A stretch of DNA of 63,831 nucleotides, counting the filler, from Dirinaria sp. TL-2023a (taxonomy: Eukaryota): the NCBI GenBank assembly GCA_051941275.1. It is 8 parts of 8 records of this genome, joined end to end, with 100 filler letters (N's around TTAATTAATTAA, not from the genome) between each part and the next. Parts side by side here need not be neighbours in the genome. Positions count along the whole stretch, not along the records: positions 24,082 to 31,977 come from JAVEBF010001260.1; positions 32,078 to 39,951 come from JAVEBF010001261.1; 6 more parts are not named here. One strand, written 5' to 3'. The position numbers and the translations under genes are program-made. Shown here one piece after another: positions 24,894 through 38,129 of this stretch; position 1 is the stretch's first letter; each line of letters starts with the position of its first letter. The notes beneath the pieces were generated by a model. That model was not told the origin of the DNA. It did no database searches and saw only the letters and a list, made by a program, of their open reading frames with translations.

Positions 24894-26229
24894 TCAGAGA
24901 ACAAGATGAATTTCCGCGCTTTTATGCTGGGGTTCTGCTTTACGGCTGGCGATTAAAGTGAATCCTCGAGATGAGGGCCGGACAAAAGATATAGGAGGAT
25001 TTTTGATGCGTTTCAAGACTTTATTGGCCGTCGGCATGCAGCATACCAAGATTCCTGCCGTCATCTCGACAAAGCTTGCGCCAACTGTGAGCCAAGGGTG
25101 TTTGGTCAAGAAGAGTCAAACTCACGACGCTATCCACACGGGCACTACCTTCCCAGTGCCGTCTTTGCTTCGGATGAAGTTTATGCGGAATACTAGACCA
25201 AGTATACTGGCAATGCAAGCACTGCAACCCGTTAAATGCGGCTTCAGGCGCTGGACGGATCATTCCTACTTACATTAACCCTGTGGATATCACGGCCACC
25301 AACCCCAGCTTTCGCCTGAGTGGCATTTGTAACGACCAAAGTGCTGGCATAGGGAGCGCAATAAGATATAAATCACTGATGACATTAACGATTCCTTGCG
25401 CTAGGACAACCATATATGACTGGGAGCATTTTGGCGATGCCTGAGCACTCGCATATGCTAACTGGGACTTGCCTCTTGTGGGCTCGCAGAGCACTATAAT
25501 GGCGACCATAGTTGCGAAATAGAAACAGCCTGTCAGAATGACGCCAGTGTATGCGCTGTATCTGAGCCATTGAAGCAAACCGAAAACCTCTATATAGAGG
25601 ACAAAAAGGGAGAGCTTGATGAACCATATGAATGGTGCATATGCGGCCTCAATGATGAGCGACAGCTGTTCGAGATGAGATGTCAGCCATCCTGTGATTG
25701 ACGAAGAGCACCGGGCATACCGCACCACAAGTTGGGCTTTCGTGAGTTCTCCAACCCTGATGTCCCATTCATGTGTGCCAAATTTCCCTCCCTCAACCGC
25801 TGTTAACGTCTTAGCTTCCAGTAACACATTGCGTTCAAACCCCGGTGATGGTACCTGCGGTAGTGGCGCAAATAAAGGTGGCGCCGCCGAGCTATGGTAT
25901 GCAATTAATTTACGATTGGATAGGGTGGAGGAGCCCCCTTACTAGTCCAAGGAGGCAAGTGACTGCCAAAGCGGTCAGTAGCACAGAAGGGTATGATGGA
26001 AAGGCTCGCGGTGGAATGTACAATCGTCCCATGTCTTCTTCTTCAGGATTCTAAACTTGGCATAGAAACGTAGACCAGCGAAAAGGAGGATGAGCGGCAG
26101 ACAGATGCCAGCTGCAATATAGACCGCACTGGCACTGGACGGAGGGTTGGCGAAGTTGGATACCTGTCCAGGTGGAGGAGGCATCAGAGGTTCATCGAGG
26201 ACTTTCGTCGAAGAACTTAATGAAGACAT
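24894..26229 (-). CDS. PTH11-like (fungal rhodopsin-domain) integral membrane protein, no CFEM domain
   Basis: PPPPGQVSNFANPP start, LRFYAK..TWDD, GTHEWD, IKLSLFVLY, NVISDLYLIALPMPALWSLQMPLRRKL and EMTAGILVCCMP motifs. About 6 introns; the 3' end is less certain. Confidence 0.88.
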
Positions 26230-27649
26230 TATTGCGTTAAGAGATCGACTTTTGACTGAACACCGTGTCACGGAAAGGGCAAGATGAAAAAGCCATTATA
26301 TGGTCCTGGTTCATTCTATGTCAGTGAAAGGCAATCGAGCAAGGCGCATACCTAATGCATTATGATCTGCACGACCACTAAACAACGAAGGTAGACCATG
26401 CCTAGAATGTCCATTGCAGATCAGAGAGACTGCATGAAGGTGAGCAACTATTGGTGCCATTTCTCCGTCTTACCGCATGTGAGAAGGCAGCTAGTCACAT
26501 CGCCGTCTGCAGGCGACACTATTCGTACAAGCTATGCTGACTCATTAGTTAAGGGCAGTGAAGGCGCACACCACATGAATTGGTCGCAGAGAAGAAAGCC
26601 AGTAAAATTCGCTGATCAAAGATATACGCCGCTCACAGCGCGCCCGTGCTTCTTCCACGCCCTTACCCCCTTAATCTCAAGTTTCGGTTGCGTGATGGTC
26701 AATGGAGTGGAACGTCTGAGAACATCCAGTCACCTTCGACTCGCAGTATTCCGCACCACCAAATGCTGGGCCTCAGAATTGGCTGGTTCAGCCTTGAGGT
26801 GCTCGTTTTCGTATGCTCTCGATGCATGGAGTCTAGCTGCTCCACGCATAATCCGCAGCACTGTGTCTCCCATCTTCTCGTTCTCTATTTCACAAAGATA
26901 CGACGACGCTTTATGAATCTGGCTCATGAATAGAGAAAGGTCAATTTTGAACTGATTGAAAAGTATTTGGCCTGTTTCCTTCATCTACAATCCGTTTCTC
27001 ACCCTGGCACTATTCTTTGAATGTGCCTTTTGGACGCAATTTTCTCTTCGTGAACTAACCATAGGCCCCCTTCTAGATGATCGATACCATCACATAGAGG
27101 CTATTTCAACCATCAAACCCCCTCAACCGCTAGAAATCCTAGGGTTTTGCATATATCATGATGAAATCACCACAACATGCCCAATTTGAGTGCAAAGAGA
27201 TGCAGGTAAAAGTCTGATCTATGCTCTACAGATTTCATATAGAAACTCGATCAAATAAGTGCATAGATGTTGCGATTCTCAGGATCAAAAAATGTCTTTT
27301 GTCAAGATTAGAATCGAAATTGTTGCGTCATATGGAGTTACCATGCAATACGCATTTAATAAGACTTCAAAAACGCATGAAAAAGATACTGAGAACATCA
27401 TTCGAGAAGCACGATTTGACGATTTTGCACAAGCACGGAGCTTGGATGTGAACGCACTGACATCGATGAATATGACTTTCTTGCTATTGTTCAGCGAGGA
27501 AATGCATTTTGTAAGCAATTTTTGTCGCTTCTCGAGTCAAACACTGTGACGTGATCTTACTATGTGGCCAAAGACCTTTTCTTGCTGCTACACTCATTCC
27601 TCGATCGGGTGGCAAGCCAGCCGTTGGGAGGATAATGGCCGTAAGTATC

Positions 27650-27763
27650 CCCCTCCTCCCCTAACACCCACACCTACACCTAACCTACACCTAACCTACA
27701 CACCCGCTTACACATCCACACACACACTTATACACACACACTTTCGTACCCACCCACACACAC
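27650..27763. repeat. CA-rich degenerate microsatellite
   Basis: cctacacctaac and (CA)n-like runs. Confidence 0.7.
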
Positions 27764-29902
27764 AAAAGAGCAACAGCAAGGCAATGCTAGTCGTGTCTAC
27801 ATTGGTAGAAGTGCAGTAGAAGGTCGGCAAGGATCCAGCACAGAGGAGACTGACAACGTATCGGATCTGACCCTCACCTTCAAAAGGGTGTGCGCGAGCA
27901 TCAGGTTGATGCTGAATGGGCCATCGCCCCGTACATCGGCAAAATTGCAGTGACAGTACACTAAGCGCTAAGTCGAACATAAAGTGGTAGGCTCCGACAA
28001 TACAGCAACATCTGTGCAGAGCACACTGCTTGCTATCATCTCAAGTCTACGCCTCTACCGGAAATTGAAGTTGGAAATCCACACATGCGTCACGGAGCGG
28101 TTGATGTTTATCCAATCCACCACGCAGAGGCGAAACAATTACCCTACCTGCAAGCCTGTGTATTTCGAGGGCCTACGTAAGTTCCCACCCTCAGCCAGCT
28201 ACGAGAACGACTTGTACCACCAGAGGGAGATATAATGGATGGCCACCGCATCCCTGCCGGAGCTCTCGTTGGTTTCAACGCTTGGGGCACGCGGCTGGAT
28301 GCCGTGCTTGGCGATGACGCGGATGTATATCATCGGCCAATCACTACTGCATGCTGACACAGTCTGCCCAGTTACCGAGGAGCTTTGATATTTCTATAAC
28401 TAATCCTTGTGAATCGCGGACGAGCACCTGCAATGGCATCTTTCATCAAGAAAATCTGAACATTTCTCTTGCAAGGAGCCTTCAGAGCAGGAAGGGACCG
28501 AGGTTGGAATACTGCCTTGTATCCTTCTGACACAAGATAATTGGTGTATGATGGAGCCTGTCGGAGGTCTAGTTGTGATTGACTGGATTATCTTGAGAGC
28601 CTTACCAACATAACAAATAAAGGGTCTGTGTGCGCCAAACAAGCGACGATCGTACAGACAGACAGACAGACATAATCCGGCCCGTGTGCAAATGATGCGG
28701 TTAATGTCGCAGTCTGCATCACGGGTGCAAGTCTGTCCTTTCAAGTGGAACTGAGATCGATGCAGCGACGTCCTATTTATCGAAAGGCTAACTTGAAACA
28801 GTATCTCTCCACAATGGCCGTGCCTCGATAATCCTCTTTCCGTACAACCGGTCTTCCCGCCTGCTCGCCAGCTTTCCCGGTATTGTGGGGCTCACAGGGA
28901 TCGGGACAAGATGTCGGCGTTGTACTTTCCGGCATCGGTGACAAATCTGGTGATCGAGCACAATCCTTCTCGATCACTCGCATGAAGGCAGTTCGTGCTA
29001 TTGAAAGCGTTTGTAAAATCGCCCCTCCAGGCGTCCCTGAGAGCTGATCGTGTCAGGATGGCAAGTTTGCATGAGCTCATTGAGCTGACAGCATGTGGCA
29101 TGGCTTAGGCAACCAGGCGGCTGCCTTGGTGGATCGTGCATCAGTGCTATAAGAGTAAGGTAAGTCCTAGCTAGGGTGGTGTAAACTGTATTATAGAGTT
29201 TGTAGATGACGGGCAGTTGCGCCTTGGGGGAGTACTGGCGCACTTTCTGTTGGAAATCATTGAACGTCATAATGTTTTCCAGAGCCTCCTTGACCCCCTA
29301 TACATACCTATAATGACTTTGACCCCTATGTATAACCGGGTTGCATAGAAGGGGTATCTGACCACTTACCTGACTAATACTAGATAGGTAAGGTACTTTA
29401 CCTTACTCCGTTCCATTATCCGATTTACACGGGGAGTCACAGTAACAGCTGCATTAGTGCCTACATGTAAGTAGGATCGCTCCGGCCGGGACTTTATCTA
29501 AGGTGGGTGAGGGACTAGCCTATTACCGTAGGTCGTGTAGCTACTACCTTACTGTACCTGAGCAAGATGGATCCAGGTCTCCGGGTGCTGGCCCTTGTAG
29601 TTTCATCCCTGCCGACGAGCCGAGCAACCCCTGAATGTGAACTGCGTCTCCATTTTCCCCGACGAGCAGCGCGGGATCTTAGCGCTTGCCGTTCCCAACC
29701 TACTGTATCCGTACACAGGACACTAAAGTACATACCTCCAAGGCGGTCTCTCTTCTTGACCGTCGGAATCAAATGACAGGGGAAAGAACTTTGGGCAGAA
29801 AATTCGAATCGCAGTTGCCAGATCACGTACTTAAGTCGCCGTGCTCTCCCACTTCGTCCGCTCTTGACACAGAGATGAACTGTCTCGTCGCTCCCGAAAA
29901 AC

Positions 29903-31622
29903 ATGGTGTTCTTATCAGCAATGGCGCTTGGAGCGATCGCGCTTATTATAGGAGGAACTCTCTTCCTATACTCCCACCTAGCGATGCAAGACGCTCGAGA
30001 GCCGCCGCAAGCACCAACACCCATACCACTGATCGGTCATCTCATAGGCCTGGCGCGAAGCAAATTTAACTACCATGTACAGTTGAGGTAAGGCCAACTA
30101 GACCCTTTTCAGCACTTTCTGATCTTCACAGTCTGAACATGTTCTCACCATATCTCCAGTCATGAAATCTCATCCCCTATCTTCACGATCAAAATGCTTG
30201 GCCAAAAAATGTACGTTGTTACAAACCTAGATCTTGTCCAAGCAATCCAGAAGCTACCAAAGGTTCTGGCTTTCTCGCCTATAGCAGCCAAATTTGCCAG
30301 CCAGGCTTGCGGCTCGAGTACAGAGGCCCACGACATCTTGATGAAGAATGTCAATGGTGACGAAGGAAATTGGGGGTTGTCAATGGAGTCTCACGAGGCA
30401 ATGCGGACTGCGCTGAAGCCTGGTGCAGCCCTTGACGACATGAATCGACTCATGATGCAAAACATCGCGGCATCTCTGGATGATCTGACGGTAGGGATCG
30501 GCCAGACGGTAGAGATACGGCTCTCGGAGTGGGTTCGTGACAGCGTGACAGCAGCGACTACCAACTCGGTTTACGGACCTCAAAGCCCGTTCAAGGAGAG
30601 GGATGTGGCCAATGCTTTCTGGTAAGTTTCATATCACCGCTTTTGGCGCGTATTACGACGTTGAAGTTTTTTTTAGGGAATTTGAGAATGATCTCATGTC
30701 AATTCTCGTTGGCATTATGCCATCCTTCAGGGCTCGCAGAGGTATTGCCGGACGCGCAACAGTGGCTAAAGCGTTCGAAAAATATTTTCTTGCTGAGGCT
30801 CACGAACAGGCTTCAATGCTGGCGCAGGTGCGATACGAGACCAGCTTCAAGAATGGCATTCCGGTAGAGGACATCGCTCGCTACGAAGTAGGGGGAGCTT
30901 TAGCACTTCTGGTCAACACTGCACCTGCCGCTTTCTGGATGCTTCTACTTATCTATGCGCACCCAGGTCTTCTCGAGGACATTCGGGAAGAAGTAGGATC
31001 GATTATGACCCAAACCTCGGATAGCTCGGGGATCACCAGGCACATTGACATTACCAGTCTCAAGTCCACTTGCCGTCTTCTGACGTCGACGTTTCAGGAA
31101 GTTCTCCGCTATCGTTCCATGGGCACTTCGGTCCGCCAAGTCATGGAGGATACCCTGCTTGAGGGCCAATGGCTTCTGAAAAAGGACAGCATGATTCAAA
31201 TGCCTAGTCGCGTGATGCACAGTGACTCGTCTTTGTGGGGCCACGACGTAGACGAGTTCAACCCGCGACGCTTCCTGAAAGTTACTGGACAACCAACGAG
31301 CAGCGGCAAAGCTCCTCCTGCTGCCGCTTTCCGAGCTTTCGGCGGCGGTTCCACGCTTTGTCCTGGTCGCCACTTCGCAACCAATGAGATCTTGACTGTG
31401 GTTACAATGTTCGTGATGCGCTACGACATGGTCCCGCAGAGCGGTCAGTGGACGTTGCCAACGGTGCAAAAGACGAATGTTGCAGCTGTGGTCATGGAGC
31501 CGGACACGGATATCGAAGTATTAGTGTCTCGTAGGAAGGGATATGAGAAAGATGACTGGTCTTTTGGTCTAAGGACTTCGGACGATGTGTTCGCAGTTGT
31601 CGCTGAGGATCGCGCAAAATGA
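29903..31622 (+). CDS. Cytochrome P450, CYP7/CYP8 (prostacyclin synthase)-like
   Basis: N-terminal TM and Pro hinge, I-helix LVNTAPAAFW, EVLR (ExxR), FNPRRF and heme motif FGGGSTLCPGRHFA. Introns 30088-30159 and 30622-30676. Confidence 0.95.
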
Positions 31623-31977
31623 CAGGATGACGCTTGAATGTATTTAGAAGGTCACGATTTGGTACTGGACCGTGGATATGAATGATGATTCTGCAGCGCG
31701 CCATGATAATAATAATACATCAAGTACATAAAAGTGATCTAGAACTTGTAGTTTCACCTACCAAGCCCCTCGCTCTAAAATACTAATCACGTTCCAATTA
31801 AACAAGTCGAACAATCTAGACCCGCGCCAGTCATTCAGTCGTCCAAATCTGCTTTCAGCGCTTGGTAACTACTCTCTTCCTTATACCTGTTTTGAGCTAG
31901 ATACGTCGCTCCATTAACCTAGGCTCCCGCTAAGTTCACGTCCCCCCCTTCCTGATGGCACACCGACTCCCTTCCTA

Positions 31978-32077
31978 NNNNNNNNNNNNNNNNNNNNNNN
32001 NNNNNNNNNNNNNNNNNNNNNTTAATTAATTAANNNNNNNNNNNNNNNNNNNNNNNNNNNNNNNNNNNNNNNNNNNN
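31978..32077. other. Artificial contig linker
   Basis: 44N-TTAATTAATTAA-44N. Confidence 0.99.
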
Positions 32078-32687
32078 ACTATCCGGGCCACTGCCTATAT
32101 CTATTATCCATTACCTGAGCACTAGCGTTTCCGAGGACTGCCATCTTGCGGAGGCTAACCGTTTTCGTCAACTTTCCACATTTGGTGGCGAACCGGTCCA
32201 CCCGGTCCCGGTTTTACACGTAGTATTTGAACAATAAAAATCATTCTCAAAGAAAATATTTGCAAATATCAAAAGTCTTCGAATACAATTGCTCTAAGAG
32301 ATATTGTGAAATAAAAGAGCATCTGTCAATGTGTCGGTTCAATTTGAAAGTGGAAATATTTGCTTTTACGATACGCTCTGTATAGTATACCAGGACTACT
32401 GTGAAGACCCCCTCGGCGCTCTTAAGGTAGGTAGTGACTCTGACACCCGAATGGCTTCATTGGCAATTAACGAATGACGATCAAATAGGGGCTGAGTTGG
32501 TCTGCCTCGCCCAAAATGGTAGTCACTATAGCGCATCACCAGTCATTCTCACACACCATCTTTTTTGCTCTGCATCTGCCTATCTTACAATCTCCTACGC
32601 ATTTCCTCATGACAAGCACTGTACTTTTGGACATCCCATGATACCTCTCTTCATTTCGACGGACGGAAAACCCCAGGTCCCTGTGTA

Positions 32688-34042
32688 ATGCGTCCTCTTC
32701 CAAAGCCTTCGAAGCCTTTGAAAATCCTAACCATCGATGGCGGCGGACTTCAGGGCATATCATCCTTACTCATCCTAGATAAGTCTTGGATTCAGCCATA
32801 CCATAGGCCGATGTTTCCCCGGTATGCGGGTAGCCGCCACCGGCTCCATATGTATGTATATCACCTGCCATAGACTTTTCCTTCCTCAATGCTATTCATA
32901 TTGCCTCTATACGCATATTTCATCAATAAGCTGCTCAAAGAGATGGCTCGAATTGACAACGCCTCATGGACTCCTCGACCATGCGATGTCTTCGATGTCA
33001 TTGCCAACATCGGCTTGGGAGGCTGGCTGGCGTTGCTACTGGGTCGTTTTCAAATGGACGTGCCAGCTGCTTTGGCCGAGTGGTACAACCTCATGGACTG
33101 CATAACGTCCAGATCCGAGCTGAGGAACTTTATATGCGCTTGTAAAAGCAGACTTATCTCCACACAGAGCGTTTGATTGAGCAAATTGATCAACTTACCG
33201 GATTCTATGAGGTCGGCAAGAATATGTTCTTCGATGCTTCGGACGGCACACATTGCAAACATGTTTTTGTCGCCTCCATGAAGACTGATTCAAGGGGTGC
33301 GCTTCGCAATTACCATCTTTTTCGGACCTAAGATCCCTCAAAAGGGCCCAGAGTACTTCCTAAGCTTTCAGATCCTCTGAAGTACATGATCTCGCACGCT
33401 TTCGGAGCTACAGGAGCGGCTCAGTACTTCACATCTCCGTGAAAGGAAGCTTCAGCCAGCAAAGTGAAAACCAAGTTTCTCGATAACCAATTTTCTCATC
33501 CTCACAACATCACCGACCTCGCATTGGACGGAATCTGGGCGCTTTATGGCACAGATGTGGGATTCTCAGTCGTGGTCAATATCGGACCTGGAATTCCTAA
33601 TACTTTTGACTGCAAAGCTATTGCAAGAAGGTTCTCGTGGGGCAGCAAAGTAGCAATAATAGGCTCTGCACCACCGAAAGGGGTACACAGACTACCAGCT
33701 CCTGTAGCAGACGCAGAGAAGAAGACCACTCTCCCTCACCACGAGATATTTGGCTCGGATCGAACTGTCGACATCGAGAAAAGGCTGAAAAGGTATGAAA
33801 TTAAGATCGAAGAGGATATCAGAAAGAGATTGCGAAACATATATCCTACGGACACCCCTCTATATTTTCGATTGGCGTCTGAGGTATCCGCTCCACGAAC
33901 TGCTCGAAACGATACTTTCTTCCCTAAATTAGTATTTGATGGTACAATGCAATACCTTCATAATCCACGGACGGTTTTCGTTATTGAGGAGTTAGGCCGG
34001 TGTGTGGATCTAGTAATTCCTGAAACGGCTCAGAAATTGTAG
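32688..34042 (+). pseudogene. Patatin-like phospholipase pseudogene
   Basis: ILTIDGGGLQGISSLLIL, RPCDVFDVI..GGWLALLLGRF and VVNIGPG motifs. Disrupted by an insertion (32784-32925), a frameshift near 33120 and in-frame stops at 33329 (TAA) and 33440 (TGA). Confidence 0.85.
32779..32930. mobile_element. 142-bp insertion flanked by 5-bp direct repeat ATAAG (candidate TSD)
   Basis: ATAAG at 32779-32783 and 32926-32930. Removing the insert plus one copy restores LILDK-LLKEMA. Confidence 0.65.
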
Positions 34043-36030
34043 AGCGTGACTTTCTCTATGATTTTAATATGGACATTTATTTGGTTGCAGTCGAGTTGCA
34101 CTGTGTACAACGCTGCGAAATATACAAAATCGACCTTCTTGATGGTCCGGCAAAATCGAGGTCTTGCCGAATCGGACCGGAATTTTACAACCAACGATAG
34201 TAGAGTCCACCACACCAAAAGCTCCGGTTCTTCCAAATGTGTCATACATTATGCACCCAAAGCGCCCTGGTGGAATTGGCCAATTAGCCACTCAATCTCT
34301 ACTGAGCACCGGGACCAAATTGAGGGGCAATTGTCGAGACATGGACGACGGCGTTAATTCCTCAGCGTTGTGCGTTGTTTAGGGCGATCGAGTCAGGCGG
34401 CAATCCGGCCACACATTGTTGGAGGTCTCCAGATACTAGATTTCCCGGTGAGCGTCCTCATATATCCAGTAAAAGTTCCTCACGACGATTCCGAAGATCG
34501 ACATCGACAGCAATAACGAGTTGAGAATTTGGGAAGTCCGATGTTCAATGCTGATGCTCGAAGTTGGATCGCCCAGGAAGGTGTGAGGGGAATAGCTGGT
34601 CTAACCCATTCTGTAGACAATGCAGAGCAGAGGTAGAGCCCATAGGAGGCTCGCGATTTGCGAGAAGATTCGACCCCGCCTAAGGTGTCCGAGTTTGTAT
34701 GCAAATGTATGCAAACCATGAGAGGGGAGTGTCACTCACTTGGAGATCTACTTAAATGCATATTCTTTCGGAGCAGGCACTAGGTTGAGAACCATCCTCA
34801 ACACTCTCACCACGCTTGCCAATCATTCGCAGTTGCCACTATAGCCGAATGAAAAGCACACCAAATATACCAGCCGTCACTAGCCAGGCTCGCATTCTCA
34901 GCTCGATTGCAATCTCTTCCAGTCGGTCTCCTGCCTCGCCGAACTCTCCCAAAGATGATAGATTCTTTAGCCGAGCTTTGACTAGAACTGCTTTGACTGG
35001 AACTCGTCATGATACCTTCGCCACCCGCAATCATTGCTTGTCAGTCCTGAGAATAAGCTTACCACACTCCAAATCTTAGACAATGACGTTGTTGTGGTTC
35101 TTGTTTGATGCTGCTAGGTCTACTCTGGTATGCCGGCCAAGTCTCACCGTTGAGAGGTGCCAGCTCCCTTGTACTCGACCTATAGTTACCTACCACATAA
35201 CCACTGTGTCAATCCGTGTGCGTACCGGGCGCTTTCGATCCGCTGTGCTAGGTATCTGTACATGATTGCAAAGCAGAGGTTCATAAGAGAGATTACGGAG
35301 TACGGTCCGTCAGCTCGACAAAGATCCCTTTGCATTTATTGCCTGCCAGCATTTACCTGCATGCGTCCCCCTCATCCAGCGTACCAAACCAGCCAATCTG
35401 CAGGCGGTCTCTCATCCAGAGCAAGCAATTTTATGAGGTGCTTGTATCCACACACTGCCCAGCTCCGGACTCTGATGTCATCTTCAAACCTGAGCAGCTT
35501 AATCCATTGGTCATGTTCATTTGTCGGTGTGGCATCCATACCACGCTGCACGAAACGGAATTTGACGTCCGCATGGGAAGGCTTAAACATTTACACTTTT
35601 AGCCGCACGCTCATGCTTATCTTTTCCTCTTCTACTGTAGTGCTTCGCTTGGCAAGAAGAAGGTTTTCAGATACTTGGACCCACATGCTAGTCATGCAGT
35701 CATGGGCATGCCAATGCTGCCTTGGGTGGGGCCACGGAGATCATTGATGCCATTGCCATCTAGTGGCGGAGAAGGATAGGCTTTCCCGGTGTAGTGAGCA
35801 GTGTTTGGCATTGTGTATGGCAATGTCTACGGGGATGGGTATACAGAGCATTCCCAACATCTTCTCTGGCTTCTATAAATTGCTCCAATCTCGCCTGCTC
35901 TAATATCGCCACGGATTATTCACAACTGTCATTTGATCTAGCCAGTCAGCCTATAGGTGCCCGAAATCGACACGAAGGGAGCTTACCCAGGGTAGGGAAC
36001 CTTGCGCAATAAGCATTCAAGCTTTTCAAC

Positions 36031-37215
36031 ATGGCTTTGGCTCTCTTTAGCCCAATGCTGGGCCTCTTCCCGGTCCCAACCCTGGCCTTTCCGGCGCGAA
36101 TTCAACATGCAATTGTAAATATGAATATCGATACCACTATTCCCACTCAAATTACATCAGATGAAATTGTTATCAACCAGCCAGAAGAAATAGCAGCATC
36201 GTATGATCCACTGCCTATAATACGATCTGCGATGCACTACCAGCTAACCAATAATTAGCACCGGGTTTATTGACTCCCTTTGGACAGATCCTTCTAATCA
36301 AGATCTCGTTCAGGAATTTCTCGAGAACAATTTCACCAGCAAATGTGCTCAAGAGGAAGACGCGGAATGTCTACCTTCTTATAGAAAGTACTCTGCGGTA
36401 TGGATATTCAGGTTTTTTCTGATATAAATCTTGTCCCTTTTTATGTACTAAGGCTTTTCATAGCAAGATTACTTCTACCAGGAGGACTATGTCAAATACA
36501 AAGCCCACCGTCTTACTACGCTCCCAGAAGGTGACATTGAAACACTTGTAAAAGAAGCAAAACACATCTCCAATGACGCGGGCTATGCCAAGCAATCCAG
36601 AGATGATTACGTGAACATATTGGGGGGAAGTGAGACCGATTTAGATGAGACGAACCGTAATATCGAAGTACTGGCCTACGGGAATTTTCTACAAAACCAG
36701 GTCTCGGAGCAGGATTGGTTCAATATGCATGTCATCAGTATCCCATGCATCTATGTGCGAGCCAGATCTGATGTCCCTGTAAAGACAGGACAATGCTGAC
36801 GAATCTGTGAAGGGGTGGATCCAAATTGCCCAGAAGCTCAAGGCAGACTCGTCAACGAAAAATGGTAACAAAGCTCCCGTAGCGGCAAAACCTCTCTCTC
36901 TCGAATGCTCTTAACAATTTACTGAAATCTTGGCATACAGATACATTATTTTACGAAAATTGGATCGAGGCTAATGCCGATGACTCTTATGCCTATGACC
37001 TCTCCAGTAAGTTTCTGTATAAACTTCTCTTGCTTTGTTCTTCCCTTTTTCCTGCTCAAGCGGGCAAGTCCTGACAGATGACAGCTTTCCTGGACAACAA
37101 CGTAGATAAGTGGACAAGTCAAGTCAACACTGGCGCAGACGGTCGTTGGAACTACTTATTCCGCACTGCTTTGCGATTCGAGATCGCGCTCTTTGAGAGC
37201 GCCCTCAGGCCTTGA
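36031..37215 (+). CDS. TenA/THI-4/PQQC (heme-oxygenase-like fold) protein with probable signal peptide
   Basis: Introns 36201-36258, 36398-36463, 36755-36812, 36865-36940 and 37007-37084 give one open frame. It contains QDYFY, YGNFL, IPCIYGW, FYENWI and FRTALRFEIALF motifs. Confidence 0.8.
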
Positions 37216-37837
37216 CCTACGGGGAAGCGCCGGAGGAGGAGGGAAATGGCTTATCAACAAAGATTTGAAGAAGATCTCAAACTTTTTTGGTGGTTTGTTA
37301 AAAGTACGTCTTCAACACTATCCCCTCTGGACTGGGTTCAACACCCAGGGCAAATGGCTCCGTTCCCATTCAGCTAAGCTGAACTTCCGAATCCAATAAT
37401 GTAGAACACAATCACGGTCATTCAAAAGCAAATCTTTCATCAGAATTCCCCACCTACGATTCTGCATGTTTAGTTTCCCGCCAAAGAAATCTTTTCAAAT
37501 TGAAATTTCCATTATCGTTTCTAAAATCTCTTTGAAATTGTCTCGCATGTATCATAAGGTAATGGCGGCCTGGAGCATCTTATTCTCCCTCTTGCCGCTG
37601 TCGAGTAAATTCTCCGATCTTTGCGCAATAATAGGTTTGGGTGGATGAATGCATGTTCGAAATGATGTTGAGGCTTCTCTAACATATACGATAAATGAAC
37701 TTCTGCTTAAGCACCGCGTGCACGAGAGGAAAAAGCAAGCCATGGCTGGAAAGTCGTTCACATGTTTTGGAATATCGCTTCGCTGACGAGGTACGAGTAC
37801 CTGGCCCGCATCCTATCTTCTTTCTTTTTGCATGGCT

Positions 37838-38055
37838 TTCCGATTCGGAGTTGGATTTGCACGATTTCAAAAAAAGTTCATGGAAGATAGAGTTATCGAG
37901 CTCTGTCGAAGGCGATGTGAAGCATCAATCATATCGAATATACTGTCCGCATCTTCCGACTCGGAGTTGGATTTGTATGATTTCGAAAATTTCATGGAAT
38001 ATAGAGTTGTTGAATTTCTTTCCAAGTTCTATGTGAAATATCGAATCAAATATTA
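37838..38055 (+). repeat. ~116-bp tandem duplication (2 diverged copies)
   Basis: ttccgattcggagttggatttgcacgatttc at 37838 versus ttccgactcggagttggatttgtatgatttc at 37954. Confidence 0.8.
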
Positions 38056-38129
38056 CAATCCGCTGCTTTGCCACCCGGACAAATGAGTCTGAAAGTAAGC
38101 GAGAACGAGTTTTTGGGCTCGAAACTCAA

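Noticed and set aside
26400..29300. Protein-like ORF fragments between the PTH11-like gene and the P450
   Set aside because: Could be gene relics, but no family motif or consistent splice model was found; this needs tBLASTx.
34064..35750. Possible decayed minus-strand gene downstream of the patatin pseudogene
   Set aside because: Short fragments in shifting frames with no identifiable motif.
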